Of a stretch of 64,000 nt of DNA, positions 37,994-47,398 are shown in pieces. The DNA lies in the NCBI GenBank assembly GCA_028707125.1, contig JAQTUX010000001.1:269639-333638 (forward strand), given 5' to 3'. The DNA comes from Candidatus Omnitrophota bacterium (GTDB lineage: Bacteria; Omnitrophota; Gorgyraeia; Gygaellales; JAQTUX01). The notes under the pieces are model-generated. The model had not been told where the DNA came from and searched no databases. It saw only the letters and a list, made by a program, of their open reading frames with translations. The stretch's first letter is position 1, and every line of letters starts with the position of its first letter. The position numbers and the translations under genes were made by a program.

Positions 37994-38991
37994 TGGCCGC
38001 TGGCAATCCCCGTTTTTGCGATATCGTGGTCTCCAACCGGTGCCTGCTCAGGTGCAGGATGTGCAAGTCCTGGCAGTGCGGGCCTCAATCAAACGAGATT
38101 ACTCTTTCGGAGGCAAAGCGGTTCGTAGAGGGGCTTTCCGAATTTGTCAAGGAGCCCCTGGAAATAAACGTGATGGGCGGAGAGCCGTTATGGAAGGATT
38201 GGTGCCTGGACCTCTGCGCCTTTATTTCCAAAAAGGGCTTCAGGTCCATAATTTCCACAAATGCCTACCTTATAGACGAAGATATGGCAAGGCGCATAGC
38301 GGATTCGGGGTTGAACGTGCTGGCGATCTCGCTGGAAAGCCTGAATCCGGCGACGCATAATTTCTTAAGGGGCAGGGAAGATGTATTCTCCAGGGTGATG
38401 AAGGGCATAGAGAACATCCGCAGGTTCTGCGGCCCGGACCTGACAGTCACCATCCTCACCATAATAATGGAGAGGAATTTAAGCGAGATAATCGAGCTGA
38501 CGGAATGGGTGAACAGCGACAGGTTGTTCCAGAACATCTCTTTTCTGGCACTGCTGGAAACAGGCCTGGTAGAGGACAGGAATGGATGGTTCAGAAGCCC
38601 GGTGTACAAGGAGCTTTGGCCGCAGGACACGGAGAAGCTTTACCGCCTCATAGATGAATTAAAGGAGAAAAGAACGCGGGGTTACAAGATCTGGAATCCG
38701 CTTTCGCAGCTGGACGCGTTCAAAGATTATTATACCGAGCCGGAGCGGTTTATGAGAGAGACGCAATACCGCGTTCATGATTATATAATAGATTTAGATG
38801 AGAACGGCATTATCTACCTTAGCGGAGAGGCCCTGGGCAACATCAGGGATGATAATGTGCGGGGACTCTGGTTTTCAGATAAGGCGCAGGCGATCAGGGA
38901 GAAGATCGATGCGCGCGGCCCGGGGAAGAGGTGCTGCGTTATTAACTTTGTCTGCGCCTTCCCGCAGGACAGTGAATATGCCAAACGATAA
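37990..38991 (+). CDS. Small MoaA/twitch-like radical SAM paralog 12 (divergent C-terminus)
   Basis: PRFCDIVVSNRCLLRCRMCKSW; MGGEPLW; ISLESLNPATHNFLRGRED. C-terminus is GKRCCVINFVCAFPQD instead of CX3CX5C. Confidence 0.75.
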   Translation: MMAAGNPRFCDIVVSNRCLLRCRMCKSWQCGPQSNEITLSEAKRFVEGLSEFVKEPLEINVMGGEPLWKDWCLDLCAFISKKGFRSIISTNAYLIDEDMARRIADSGLNVLAISLESLNPATHNFLRGREDVFSRVMKGIENIRRFCGPDLTVTILTIIMERNLSEIIELTEWVNSDRLFQNISFLALLETGLVEDRNGWFRSPVYKELWPQDTEKLYRLIDELKEKRTRGYKIWNPLSQLDAFKDYYTEPERFMRETQYRVHDYIIDLDENGIIYLSGEALGNIRDDNVRGLWFSDKAQAIREKIDARGPGKRCCVINFVCAFPQDSEYAKR

Positions 38992-39961
38992 ATCCCATAT
39001 GATTGGAAGGCCGAAATTCTGCGTTATAGAGGTATCGCATAGATGCATGTTCCGCTGCAAGATGTGCAACTACGGAGTATCCGCGCCCGAGCCGGAGGTC
39101 AGCGTCGGAGAACTGATAGGATACGTATCGTCATTCAAGGATTTTGTGAACACGCCTTTTGAGATAAACATCTCCGGCGGAGAGCCGCTTTTAAAAGAGG
39201 GCGCGCTGGAATTGCTGGGGTTCATCAGCGGCCTGGGATTTAACAGCTCCATGGCCACCAACGCCTATTTGATCAACAGGGAAAACGCCAGGCGCCTGGC
39301 GGATTCAGGGGTGGGGGTTGTCCCCATATCCTTGGACAGTTTAGATGGGCGCGTCCACGACTACCTTAGAGGAAAGGATGGGGCGCATAAGAACGCCATG
39401 GATGCCTTAAATTATTTTATGGAATACAGGGGCAGATTGAGGGGGGTGGTTATCCAGTCGATCATCATGGAGCCGACGCTGGATGGGCTGGTGGAGCTTG
39501 CCGGATGGGCCGATCAAAGGGACATCTCGGTATCATTTATGGCGGTAATGCGGCCGAATATGGTCCCTGTTGATTTAAGATGGCATGAAAGAGAGGAGTT
39601 CAGCTTTCTCTGGCCGAAGGATACCGCTAAAGCGCATTCCGTCATTGATAAGCTGATAGAAATGAAACAGTCGGGCTGCCGCGTAGATACGCCTGTCGGC
39701 CAGTTGAGGCGTTTTAAGTCGTATTTCGCCGATCCGCTTCAGTTCGTAAGAAAGGCCAGCTGCGGCCTGGGCGAGGATATCGTCCATATAAATAACAAGG
39801 GCGACATTTACCTTTGCTGCGAGATGGAACCGATCGGTAACGTAAAAGACGCCGATATACGCTATACCTGGTTTTCGCCGAAAGCCGCGCGGGTCAGGCG
39901 GGAGATAAAAAAATGCCGGAGAAATTGCGCGGAGATGATAAACTGCTATCGGGAGGAGTGA
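38978..39961 (+). CDS. Small MoaA/twitch-like radical SAM paralog 13
   Basis: PKFCVIEVSHRCMFRCKMCNYG (conserved Trp replaced); SGGEPLL; ISLDSLDGRVHDYLRGKDG; CRRNCAEMINC. Start set at the Met at 38978 overlapping the upstream stop (ORF track begins at 38798). Confidence 0.75.
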   Translation: MPNDKSHMIGRPKFCVIEVSHRCMFRCKMCNYGVSAPEPEVSVGELIGYVSSFKDFVNTPFEINISGGEPLLKEGALELLGFISGLGFNSSMATNAYLINRENARRLADSGVGVVPISLDSLDGRVHDYLRGKDGAHKNAMDALNYFMEYRGRLRGVVIQSIIMEPTLDGLVELAGWADQRDISVSFMAVMRPNMVPVDLRWHEREEFSFLWPKDTAKAHSVIDKLIEMKQSGCRVDTPVGQLRRFKSYFADPLQFVRKASCGLGEDIVHINNKGDIYLCCEMEPIGNVKDADIRYTWFSPKAARVRREIKKCRRNCAEMINCYREE

Positions 39962-39965
39962 CGGC

Positions 39966-41636
39966 GTGAAGGCGGGGAAAATAAGCATTTTTTATAAAGA
40001 GCTAAGAAGCGCCTGCCCCAGGAATATAAAGGGGGTTTTCCGCAACCCGGGAAAGCTGCTGCGGTATGCCAGGGCATTTTTTAATTATGATATGGGGGCC
40101 GACGATAAGAACATGCGGCCTATGGATACGGCCAACGCATGCTGTTTATTCGGGGACTTTGAAGAGCTGCACGACAGGATCGCTGGCAGAGAAGGCGGCT
40201 ACAAAGATAAGATATCGAGCATCGGGTCCGCCTTGAGCCGGAAACAACCAGTGAAGATAAGCGTGGGGATATCGCGTTATAACTTCGGGCGGCTGCATAA
40301 GGTCTGCGAGCATGGAATGGCGCTTTTGGGAGAGAAGGCGGATCTATCAGGGATCGGTCTTGAGGTCTTTCCCGTCAAGGACCTGCCGCAGAATTTCATC
40401 GCTTATATTGAGGCATTGAAGCAGCGCCTTGACCCGCAAAAAATAGAACTCGTTGTCCACGACAATGAGTTGATGGATATCCTCAAGACCGTGGGGCTGC
40501 ACGCGCGGGTAAACGACGAGCGGGAGAAGGACCTCCTGCGGCTTCTGGGGGTCATAAGCGAACAGGTATTTATCGGGCCGCAGACGATCGTCTTTGATCC
40601 CTATCACAGGTGCAATACCAGATGTAAACATTGCTGGGTGCATACGCCCGGGGTCAGCCATCCCGAGGAGTTCCTTGACCGCAAATTTGATTTTGAGATA
40701 TTCAAGCGGATTATAGACGATGCTTCGGAGATGAAGGTGGACGGCATCATCCTGCAGGGTGACGGCGAACCGCTGATATACGACAAGTTCATGCCCATGC
40801 TCAGATACGCCAAGTCCAGGGACCTGGGTGTCCTGTTTTTTACCAACGGCATCCTCCTTGATAAGGAAAAATCAAAAGAGGTGATAGACCTGGGGGTCAA
40901 TGAGATATACTGCAGCTTTCCCGCCGGGACAGCCGTTACCTACGAAAAGATATCCTCTGTGCAGCCGGCGGAAACATTTTATAAGGTCCGGGATAACCTC
41001 AAGAGCTTTATGTCGTTAAGAAGGGGGATGAATAAACCGCATCCGCGGCTTATCATCAGCCACGTAATACATAATATGAATTATCATGAATTGACGGAGA
41101 TGGCCGGGATGGACGCCGATATAGCGCCCGACGCGGTCAGGTTCTACCTTATAAGGCTGGACGTGATGAACAGGTTCCTCCAGCTTGAGCCCCGTCAGAT
41201 AGAGGAGATAAAAAGGCAGGTGCCGGAGATCTCCAGGATCTTGAAAGAAAAGAACATAGAGTTCGTGGATAATTTCGGTTTCCAGCTGAACAATTATGAT
41301 GAAAAGACCGGCGCCTGGTCCAAGGATTTCTTCCTGAGGCACGGCTGCAATATCGGCTGGTATTTCAACCTTATACCGGCGAGATACGATATGAGCTTCT
41401 GCTGCCACCTGCGGACCGTGGGATACGTTGACAGGCAGTCATTCAAGGATATCTGGAACTCGGTGGATTACTGGCGCTGGAGAAGGCAGGCGAAATATTT
41501 AAAAGACAATAAATACGCGAAATTCGCCAACGGGCAGGTTCTTTATGACGAACATTGCGACCATTGCGATAATCACCAGACGATAATAAGGAATTTACGG
41601 GAGATCAGGAAGTATGGTCTGGATAAATACTATTAA
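39966..41636 (+). CDS. Radical SAM/SPASM-like protein; paralog of the C-terminal ~550 aa of the 10415 gene (no Trp-rich domains)
   Basis: EKDLLRLLGVISEQVFIGPQTIVFDPYHRCNTRCKHCWVHTPG vs ERDLLRLLGLIAEHPFIGPQTLVLDTTHKCNTNCAHCWIHNP. C-terminal GCNIGWYFNLIP...SFCCHLRTVGYVDRQSFKDIWNS...HCDHCDNHQ parallels 10415. GTG start assumed. Confidence 0.75.
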   Translation: MKAGKISIFYKELRSACPRNIKGVFRNPGKLLRYARAFFNYDMGADDKNMRPMDTANACCLFGDFEELHDRIAGREGGYKDKISSIGSALSRKQPVKISVGISRYNFGRLHKVCEHGMALLGEKADLSGIGLEVFPVKDLPQNFIAYIEALKQRLDPQKIELVVHDNELMDILKTVGLHARVNDEREKDLLRLLGVISEQVFIGPQTIVFDPYHRCNTRCKHCWVHTPGVSHPEEFLDRKFDFEIFKRIIDDASEMKVDGIILQGDGEPLIYDKFMPMLRYAKSRDLGVLFFTNGILLDKEKSKEVIDLGVNEIYCSFPAGTAVTYEKISSVQPAETFYKVRDNLKSFMSLRRGMNKPHPRLIISHVIHNMNYHELTEMAGMDADIAPDAVRFYLIRLDVMNRFLQLEPRQIEEIKRQVPEISRILKEKNIEFVDNFGFQLNNYDEKTGAWSKDFFLRHGCNIGWYFNLIPARYDMSFCCHLRTVGYVDRQSFKDIWNSVDYWRWRRQAKYLKDNKYAKFANGQVLYDEHCDHCDNHQTIIRNLREIRKYGLDKYY

Positions 41637-42825
41637 TTCAATGCGCCGATCTAAGGAAAGAGCCGCCTCAATAGCCTTCGGCATAGTGTTGTTTTTTCTG
41701 CTCCTTGAGCTTGGCATGCGCGCGGGAGCGGCCCTGCTGGCGTATTCGCAGGAACACAGGAACATAGTTTCCTTAAGGCAGAAACATACCTGCCGCATCG
41801 TCTGCCTTGGAGAGTCCACGACAGCCGGAGGGATGTATTCTTATCCGGCGCGGCTGGAAGAAGTCCTGAACAACGCCGGCATAGGCAGGGAATTCAGCGT
41901 GATAAATAAGGGCGTAGTTGGGATAGATACATCGGGAATACTGGCTGGTTTAGACGGCGTCCTTGATAAATATGAGCCGGATATAGTGATCGCGATGATG
42001 GGGGCAAACGATGAGCGGCCGCACCTGCTCTTTCATGTTGATTCCGGTTCGACGATAGTGGATCTTCTCGCCGGCTTAAAGACCGTTAAGCTGGCAAGAA
42101 TGCTTTGGTTTAATATCAATAGCAGGATCAGGCCGCCGCGGGCCATAAGGTCCGCCACGGAAAACAGCACGGTATATTTTGACCTGGGCCAGTTTTACAG
42201 GGACCGCAGGGAATATGTGAAGGCGGAGGAGATGTTCAGGGCCGCCGCGCAGGAGAATACGGCTGATTACAGGCCCTATTTTGAGCTGGGCTGCCTCTAT
42301 AAGAAAAGAGGGGATTTTTCCGGAGCGGCGGGGATGTTCAAGAGGGCGATAGAATTGGAGCCGGACAATGACAGGGCCTACAGAGGCATCCTGGCCATAT
42401 ATAATGAATTATCCCTTTATGGAGACGGAAAGGAATACCTTGCCTTGCTGTTGGAAATGAAAAAGAGGCACTATCGACCTTCGGCTATCATTACTCTGAC
42501 GCCCAATAACTACCGTAAATTGAAGGAGGCCCTGGAGAAGAGAGGGATACTGTTGGTCTGCGCGCAATACCCGATGCGCAGCATCGAGCCGCTGGAGGAG
42601 ATATTCGGCTCCGGGGAGGGCGTGATCCTTGTTGATAATGAAAAGATATTTAAGGACGCGGTCCGATCGGGAGGTTATGACAGGTATTTTACCGATACCT
42701 TTGGCGGTGACTTCGGGCACTGCACGGCAGAGGGTAACCTGCTTCTGGCGAAGAACATAGCTGATGTGATCATGGCCAGGGTGTTTGATAAAAATGGCCG
42801 GCTCGCTTATCGCAAAACCCATTGA
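41614..42825 (+). CDS. Membrane-anchored SGNH-family hydrolase with TPR-like insert (paralog 3; GES variant of block I)
   Basis: TM N-terminus; RIVCLGESTTAGGMYSYP; IVIAMMGANDE; FGGDFGHCTAEGN; TPR-like YRPYFELGCLYKKRGDFSGAAGMFKRAIELEPDNDRAYRG. Confidence 0.65.
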   Translation: MVWINTINSMRRSKERAASIAFGIVLFFLLLELGMRAGAALLAYSQEHRNIVSLRQKHTCRIVCLGESTTAGGMYSYPARLEEVLNNAGIGREFSVINKGVVGIDTSGILAGLDGVLDKYEPDIVIAMMGANDERPHLLFHVDSGSTIVDLLAGLKTVKLARMLWFNINSRIRPPRAIRSATENSTVYFDLGQFYRDRREYVKAEEMFRAAAQENTADYRPYFELGCLYKKRGDFSGAAGMFKRAIELEPDNDRAYRGILAIYNELSLYGDGKEYLALLLEMKKRHYRPSAIITLTPNNYRKLKEALEKRGILLVCAQYPMRSIEPLEEIFGSGEGVILVDNEKIFKDAVRSGGYDRYFTDTFGGDFGHCTAEGNLLLAKNIADVIMARVFDKNGRLAYRKTH

Positions 42826-42983
42826 CAGGGACAGCGGCCGCTATAGAATAAAATATACGTAGCAGAAAGGAAGGATGCGTTTTATACTGACGGTATTATT
42901 AACGATCGCGGCTTTGGGCATGGATTGTTTCCTGTGGCTGCTTAAGAGGATCAAAAAAATATGCGTTTTCCCCGGGGGGTAAG

Positions 42984-44177
42984 ATGAACATCCTGATGGT
43001 CCATCCTCATGATCTGTTCTCGGCGTCCGAACCTTGGACCATACGCATTGTTTCCATCGCCAGGGAATTTGTTAAAAGCGGCCACGGGGTAAAGCTGGTA
43101 TATTTTCCGCTGGAATGGGAAGGCCGTAGGCCGCGTAAACTTGGCCCCCATATTGACTGCTATCCCTTTTGCCGCAGGTCCGGCCCGCATATTTTAGCCG
43201 CCAATACCCTGCGCCTGTCAAAGTTAGCGGCCTGGGCGGATATCGTGCATTTTCAGAAGTGCTTCCATCAAGCGTCTATCCCCAGCATTATCGCGGCCCT
43301 GTTGAATAACAAGCCGCTTCATTATGATTGGGATGATTGGGAGGCCAAGATCTATGAGATCTCCACGCGGCCGGGTTTCTTAAGCTGCCTCATCCGGAAT
43401 TTCCTGGGTGCCCTTGAGGCATTTATCCCGCGGATAGTTGATACGGTGTCCGTTGCCAGCCGTAGATTAGAAATAGAGTGCAGGCGCCTGGGGGTAGGGC
43501 CGGACAGGATATTTGAGGCCCATGTCGGCGCAGATATTGACAGGTTCCGCCCCGATATTTCGGGTTCGGCGGTAAGGCGGCGCTATAATATAGGCAAGCC
43601 GCTTGTTTTGTATCTCGGCCAGCTTCACGGCGGCCAGTATGCCGAACTGTTCATCAGGTCCGCGGCAAAGATAACCCGCGGTTCCGGCCAGGACGCCGTG
43701 TTCATGATAGCGGGCGACGGATACCGGCGGCGGGAATTGGAAGAGCTCAGCCGCGGCCTGCGGCTTAACGGAAGCATGATCTTTACCGGGCCGGTCCCCC
43801 ATAGCGATGTCCCCGAATACATCGCCGCCTCCGACATATGCGTCGCCTGCTTTGAGAAGAACGACGTTACCTTGTGCAAGAGCCCTCTTAAGATAGCCGA
43901 ATATATGGCTTCGGGAAAGGCGATAGTCACCAGCGATGTGGGAGAGGCGCCGCGCATGGTAGGGCAGGCGGGGTTGATCACGGCCCCGGGAGACCCTGAT
44001 TCGTTAGCCGAGGGGATATTAAAGCTTCTGAGGCGGGAGGGTCTAAGGAAAGAGATGGCTTCGCGCAGCCGCCTGAGGGCGGAAGAGAAGTATAATTGGG
44101 CTGTAACGGCAGCGAATCTGATGCGGGCATACGGGAAGGCGGCGCGGATAAAAGGCCGCAAGGGAGGAAGGTCCTGA
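42984..44177 (+). CDS. Glycosyltransferase family 4 (GT-B, GT1-like)
   Basis: C-terminal EYMASGKAIVTSDVGEAPRMV (E-X7-E region); two-Rossmann layout; HVGADIDRFRP. Confidence 0.7.
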   Translation: MNILMVHPHDLFSASEPWTIRIVSIAREFVKSGHGVKLVYFPLEWEGRRPRKLGPHIDCYPFCRRSGPHILAANTLRLSKLAAWADIVHFQKCFHQASIPSIIAALLNNKPLHYDWDDWEAKIYEISTRPGFLSCLIRNFLGALEAFIPRIVDTVSVASRRLEIECRRLGVGPDRIFEAHVGADIDRFRPDISGSAVRRRYNIGKPLVLYLGQLHGGQYAELFIRSAAKITRGSGQDAVFMIAGDGYRRRELEELSRGLRLNGSMIFTGPVPHSDVPEYIAASDICVACFEKNDVTLCKSPLKIAEYMASGKAIVTSDVGEAPRMVGQAGLITAPGDPDSLAEGILKLLRREGLRKEMASRSRLRAEEKYNWAVTAANLMRAYGKAARIKGRKGGRS

Positions 44178-44179
44178 CA

Positions 44180-46561
44180 ATGAATACTACCGTTAAAACG
44201 CGGAGGCCGGCGGAAAGGATCATTTTCGCGGCCATCCTGCTTCTTATAATAACCGTGCCTTTGATCTTCAGCGGCAAAACCAGCCAGATATACGGGCTTA
44301 TCAAGATCGCCGCCATGGAATTCCTGCTTATCCTGCTTACGGGCCTTTGGGTCTTTAAGATGAACCGCAGGGGGGATTTTAAGATCATTTTTACTCCGGC
44401 AGGTATACCTTTGTTGATCTTCTCCCTTATTTGCGCGTTATCACTTTTGCGCGCCATAAATCTGCGGGAAGGGATAGTGCATCTGGCGCAGGTTTTATCT
44501 TACGTCGCCCTTTTCTTCATAGTAGTAAATAATATTGAATCTAAAAAAGAGGTCTCGCTGATAGTTAACGCCGCGATCTTGACGGCATTTTTGAGTTGTA
44601 TCTACAGCATGTACCGCGACCAGGGCCCTTATCTGTTTACCGCCATACGCCAGACATATATATCTACCTTCGGCCATCCGGTATTCTTCGCTCAGTTCCT
44701 GGGGCTTGTCGCGCCTGTGTGCCTGGCGGTTTTTCTGCAGAGCAAAAGCCTCCGGTCCAAACTATGCAGCGGCATCGCCCTGGCCACGCTCTTCTTCTTT
44801 TTATTATTGACCAAGGCAAGGGGGGCGTGGCTTGGCCTCATATGCGCCTCGCTTGTTGTCATTTTCATCCCGGCGGTTATGCATAAAGAGCGCAGATATA
44901 GATTCTTCCGCTTCATCCCCTGGAAAAGCATAGGCATATTCCTTCTTTGCCTTTTACTGCTTTTTTCCGGCCTGTCCGTATTCGCCCATTTCCGCGTCTG
45001 GCATAAGGAGATGGTAGAGCGTTTTTATTCGGCATTCAGCCTTTCCCATGTAACCAACGTAATGCGCGTTGAGGTATGGAAGAATACCTGGCAGATGATC
45101 ATGGGCAGCCGTTTATCAGGGGTGGGCGCGGGGAATTTTCCCGTTATTTATCCTGCTTACCGCAGCGTGGCCGAGATCTCGATCACGCCGGAAGGCAGGA
45201 CGTATTTAAGCGCCCATAACGATTACCTGCAGGTCCTGGCTGAGACGGGGATATTCGGCCTGGCCTGTTTTATGTTCATTATTTATTCTTTATTCAGAAT
45301 GGGCATATCTGTCCTGAAGAAGACCGGGGACAGGGACCTGTATTATATAACTCTGGGTATCCTGGGCGCGATCAGCGTGATCCTCGTGTACGCGCTTTTT
45401 AACCCTTCTTTTCAGATCCCTTCCACGGGAATGATATTCTGGCTTTGGGCGGGGTTGCTCGGCGTATTATACAAGAAGGAGTGCCTGTCCGCGCGCGAAG
45501 AGGCAGCTCCGAAGCCGAAGGGCCCTCTGGCCCAAAGCGCGATACTGGCGGTTACCTCAGCCGCGGCCATATATCTGGCCGCGCTGCTGATCAGGCATTT
45601 TGCCGCCGACTTATATTTTACCAAGGCAAGAGCATATAGAGAATCGGGGAGAGGGCTGGAGGCGATAAGTATCCTGGAAAGGTCCGCCCTGCTTTATCCC
45701 GGTAATTACGAAGCATATTTTTTGCTGGGGAACTATTACCAGGAACTGGAAAGGTTTAATGAGGCGTTCGCCCAGTATGAGGCCGCCCTGGAATTGCATC
45801 CGTACCAACCGATCGTTTTTAATAATCTGGGGACGGTATATTTTAAGACAGGGCAGTATCAGAAATCTGCCGTGGCCTTTAACAGGGCGGTAGACCTTAA
45901 TCCCCGCTACTTCGGGGCGTATTACAATCTTTATCTGGCCTATAACGCGATGGGGCAGCAGGAGAAGGCCCAGGAGTGCATACGCCTGATCTATGAGTTA
46001 AAGCCCGATTTCCTGGGCGGGATGTATATGGATCAGGAACAGTATGATGCCGCGATCGTGGCCTATGCCGCGGCTATTGAGAAGGATCCCGGAAATTACG
46101 GAGCGCATTTTAATCTGGGCCTGACCTATAAGATGAAGGGCCTGGATGATGAAGCGGCCGATGAATTCAGGAAGGCGATCGCGCTTAAGCCGGACCACGT
46201 GGGGGCTTACCGCAATCTGGGATTTCTGTTGTTTAAGAGTTTCAAAAGATATGATGAGGCAATAGAGATCCATAAGAAGCTGCTGGCCTTGGTGCCGGTG
46301 GATATAGAAGGCCACCTGAACCTCGGCCTGCTGTATACGGAGTCGGGAGATCACGCGCTCGCGGAACAGGAATTCAGGAAAATAATCGGGCTTAATCCTT
46401 ATTACGGCAAGGCCCATACCGCGCTGGCGGCGCTGTACCGCAGGCGGAATGATTTAGACGCTGCGGTCAGGGCGCTCAAGGAGGCGCTGGCGATAAGCCC
46501 GGAATCCTCCGAAATAAAAGTGATGCTGAACGATATTTATAAAGAAAAATTAATGCGGTAG
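44180..46561 (+). CDS. Wzy_C / O-antigen ligase family membrane protein (ligase or O-oligosaccharyltransferase-like) with C-terminal TPR domain
   Basis: About 11 TM helices; Wzy_C hallmark AHNDYLQVLAETGIFGLACFMFIIY. C-terminal ~350 aa has at least 8 TPRs (YFLLGNYYQELERFNEAFAQYEAALELHPY..., AYRNLGFLLF...). Start set at the Met at 44180, three nt after the upstream stop (ORF track begins at 44096). Confidence 0.8.
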   Translation: MNTTVKTRRPAERIIFAAILLLIITVPLIFSGKTSQIYGLIKIAAMEFLLILLTGLWVFKMNRRGDFKIIFTPAGIPLLIFSLICALSLLRAINLREGIVHLAQVLSYVALFFIVVNNIESKKEVSLIVNAAILTAFLSCIYSMYRDQGPYLFTAIRQTYISTFGHPVFFAQFLGLVAPVCLAVFLQSKSLRSKLCSGIALATLFFFLLLTKARGAWLGLICASLVVIFIPAVMHKERRYRFFRFIPWKSIGIFLLCLLLLFSGLSVFAHFRVWHKEMVERFYSAFSLSHVTNVMRVEVWKNTWQMIMGSRLSGVGAGNFPVIYPAYRSVAEISITPEGRTYLSAHNDYLQVLAETGIFGLACFMFIIYSLFRMGISVLKKTGDRDLYYITLGILGAISVILVYALFNPSFQIPSTGMIFWLWAGLLGVLYKKECLSAREEAAPKPKGPLAQSAILAVTSAAAIYLAALLIRHFAADLYFTKARAYRESGRGLEAISILERSALLYPGNYEAYFLLGNYYQELERFNEAFAQYEAALELHPYQPIVFNNLGTVYFKTGQYQKSAVAFNRAVDLNPRYFGAYYNLYLAYNAMGQQEKAQECIRLIYELKPDFLGGMYMDQEQYDAAIVAYAAAIEKDPGNYGAHFNLGLTYKMKGLDDEAADEFRKAIALKPDHVGAYRNLGFLLFKSFKRYDEAIEIHKKLLALVPVDIEGHLNLGLLYTESGDHALAEQEFRKIIGLNPYYGKAHTALAALYRRRNDLDAAVRALKEALAISPESSEIKVMLNDIYKEKLMR

Positions 46562-46567
46562 GTCGAT

Positions 46568-47398
46568 ATGTGCGTGAGCGTATATATCCCCGCGTACAAC
46601 GCGCAGGGCAGCATAGAAAAGAGCGTCAGGTCCATATTGAGCCAGTCCTGCCCCATAGATGAGATAATGGTCATAGACGACGGCTCCACCGACCGGACAG
46701 CGCAGATCGCCGCCGGCCTCGGCGTAAAGGTGATCCGCCATAGCCGGAACAGGGGGATCGCGGCGTCCCGTAATACCGCCCTCAAGGCCGTAAAGAGCGA
46801 GTTTGCCGCCTCCATAGACGCGGATTGCGTCGCCGAGAGCCGTTGGCTGGAGAAATGCCTGCGCCATTTTAACGACCCCGGCATCGCCGGCGTGGGAGGG
46901 GCAATGGCAGAGAGCGGGCGTTCTCTGCCGGACAGGTGGCGGGCGGTAAACCTGCGGCAAAACAATTGGAAAGGCGCTGACAGCGCGGTCCCTTTTCTTG
47001 CCGGCTGCAATACCGTGTACAGAAGAAGGGCGCTGTTGGATGCGGGGTTGTTCGACGAGAGGTTCAGGTCGCATCATGAGGACAGCGATATGGGCCGGCG
47101 CCTGCGCGAGAAAGGGGCTGTTTTACGTTATCTGCCGCATGCCATGGTCACGCATATAAAGGAAGATACGCTTTATTCGGTGATGAGGTCATGCTGGGGG
47201 TTCAGGCATAAGGCGGCGCCGCAGACATTGGCGGCGTTTACCGGAGATATCCTTGCCGATTGCAGGCATTACGTTTCAATTGTGCTCAGGGATGTCCGGA
47301 ACAGGGAATTGCGCCTTTTGCCGATAGACCTTGCATATTTATTTTTTCAGGCGTATTTTTCAATGAAATATTTCGCGCGGCAAGGCCGCATTAAATAA
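46568..47398 (+). CDS. Glycosyltransferase family 2
   Basis: VSVYIPAYNAQGSIEKSVRSILSQSCPIDEIMVIDDGSTDRT; DADCV motif. Confidence 0.8.
   Translation: MCVSVYIPAYNAQGSIEKSVRSILSQSCPIDEIMVIDDGSTDRTAQIAAGLGVKVIRHSRNRGIAASRNTALKAVKSEFAASIDADCVAESRWLEKCLRHFNDPGIAGVGGAMAESGRSLPDRWRAVNLRQNNWKGADSAVPFLAGCNTVYRRRALLDAGLFDERFRSHHEDSDMGRRLREKGAVLRYLPHAMVTHIKEDTLYSVMRSCWGFRHKAAPQTLAAFTGDILADCRHYVSIVLRDVRNRELRLLPIDLAYLFFQAYFSMKYFARQGRIK

Noticed and set aside
17114-39961. Interpretation of the rSAM array as a RiPP (peptide natural product) cluster
   Set aside because: No small precursor-peptide ORFs, leader or core repeats, RiPP recognition elements, proteases or ABC-peptidase exporters are visible. Intergenic space is essentially nil. 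The co-located genes are glycan-assembly and SGNH enzymes, and carbohydrate-binding-like domains are fused to the rSAMs. A glycan substrate is more parsimonious.
42826-42983. Possible transposon or insertion scar at the only larger internal gap
   Set aside because: No inverted repeats, no transposase fragments. Most likely an ordinary inter-operon spacer or internal promoter region.
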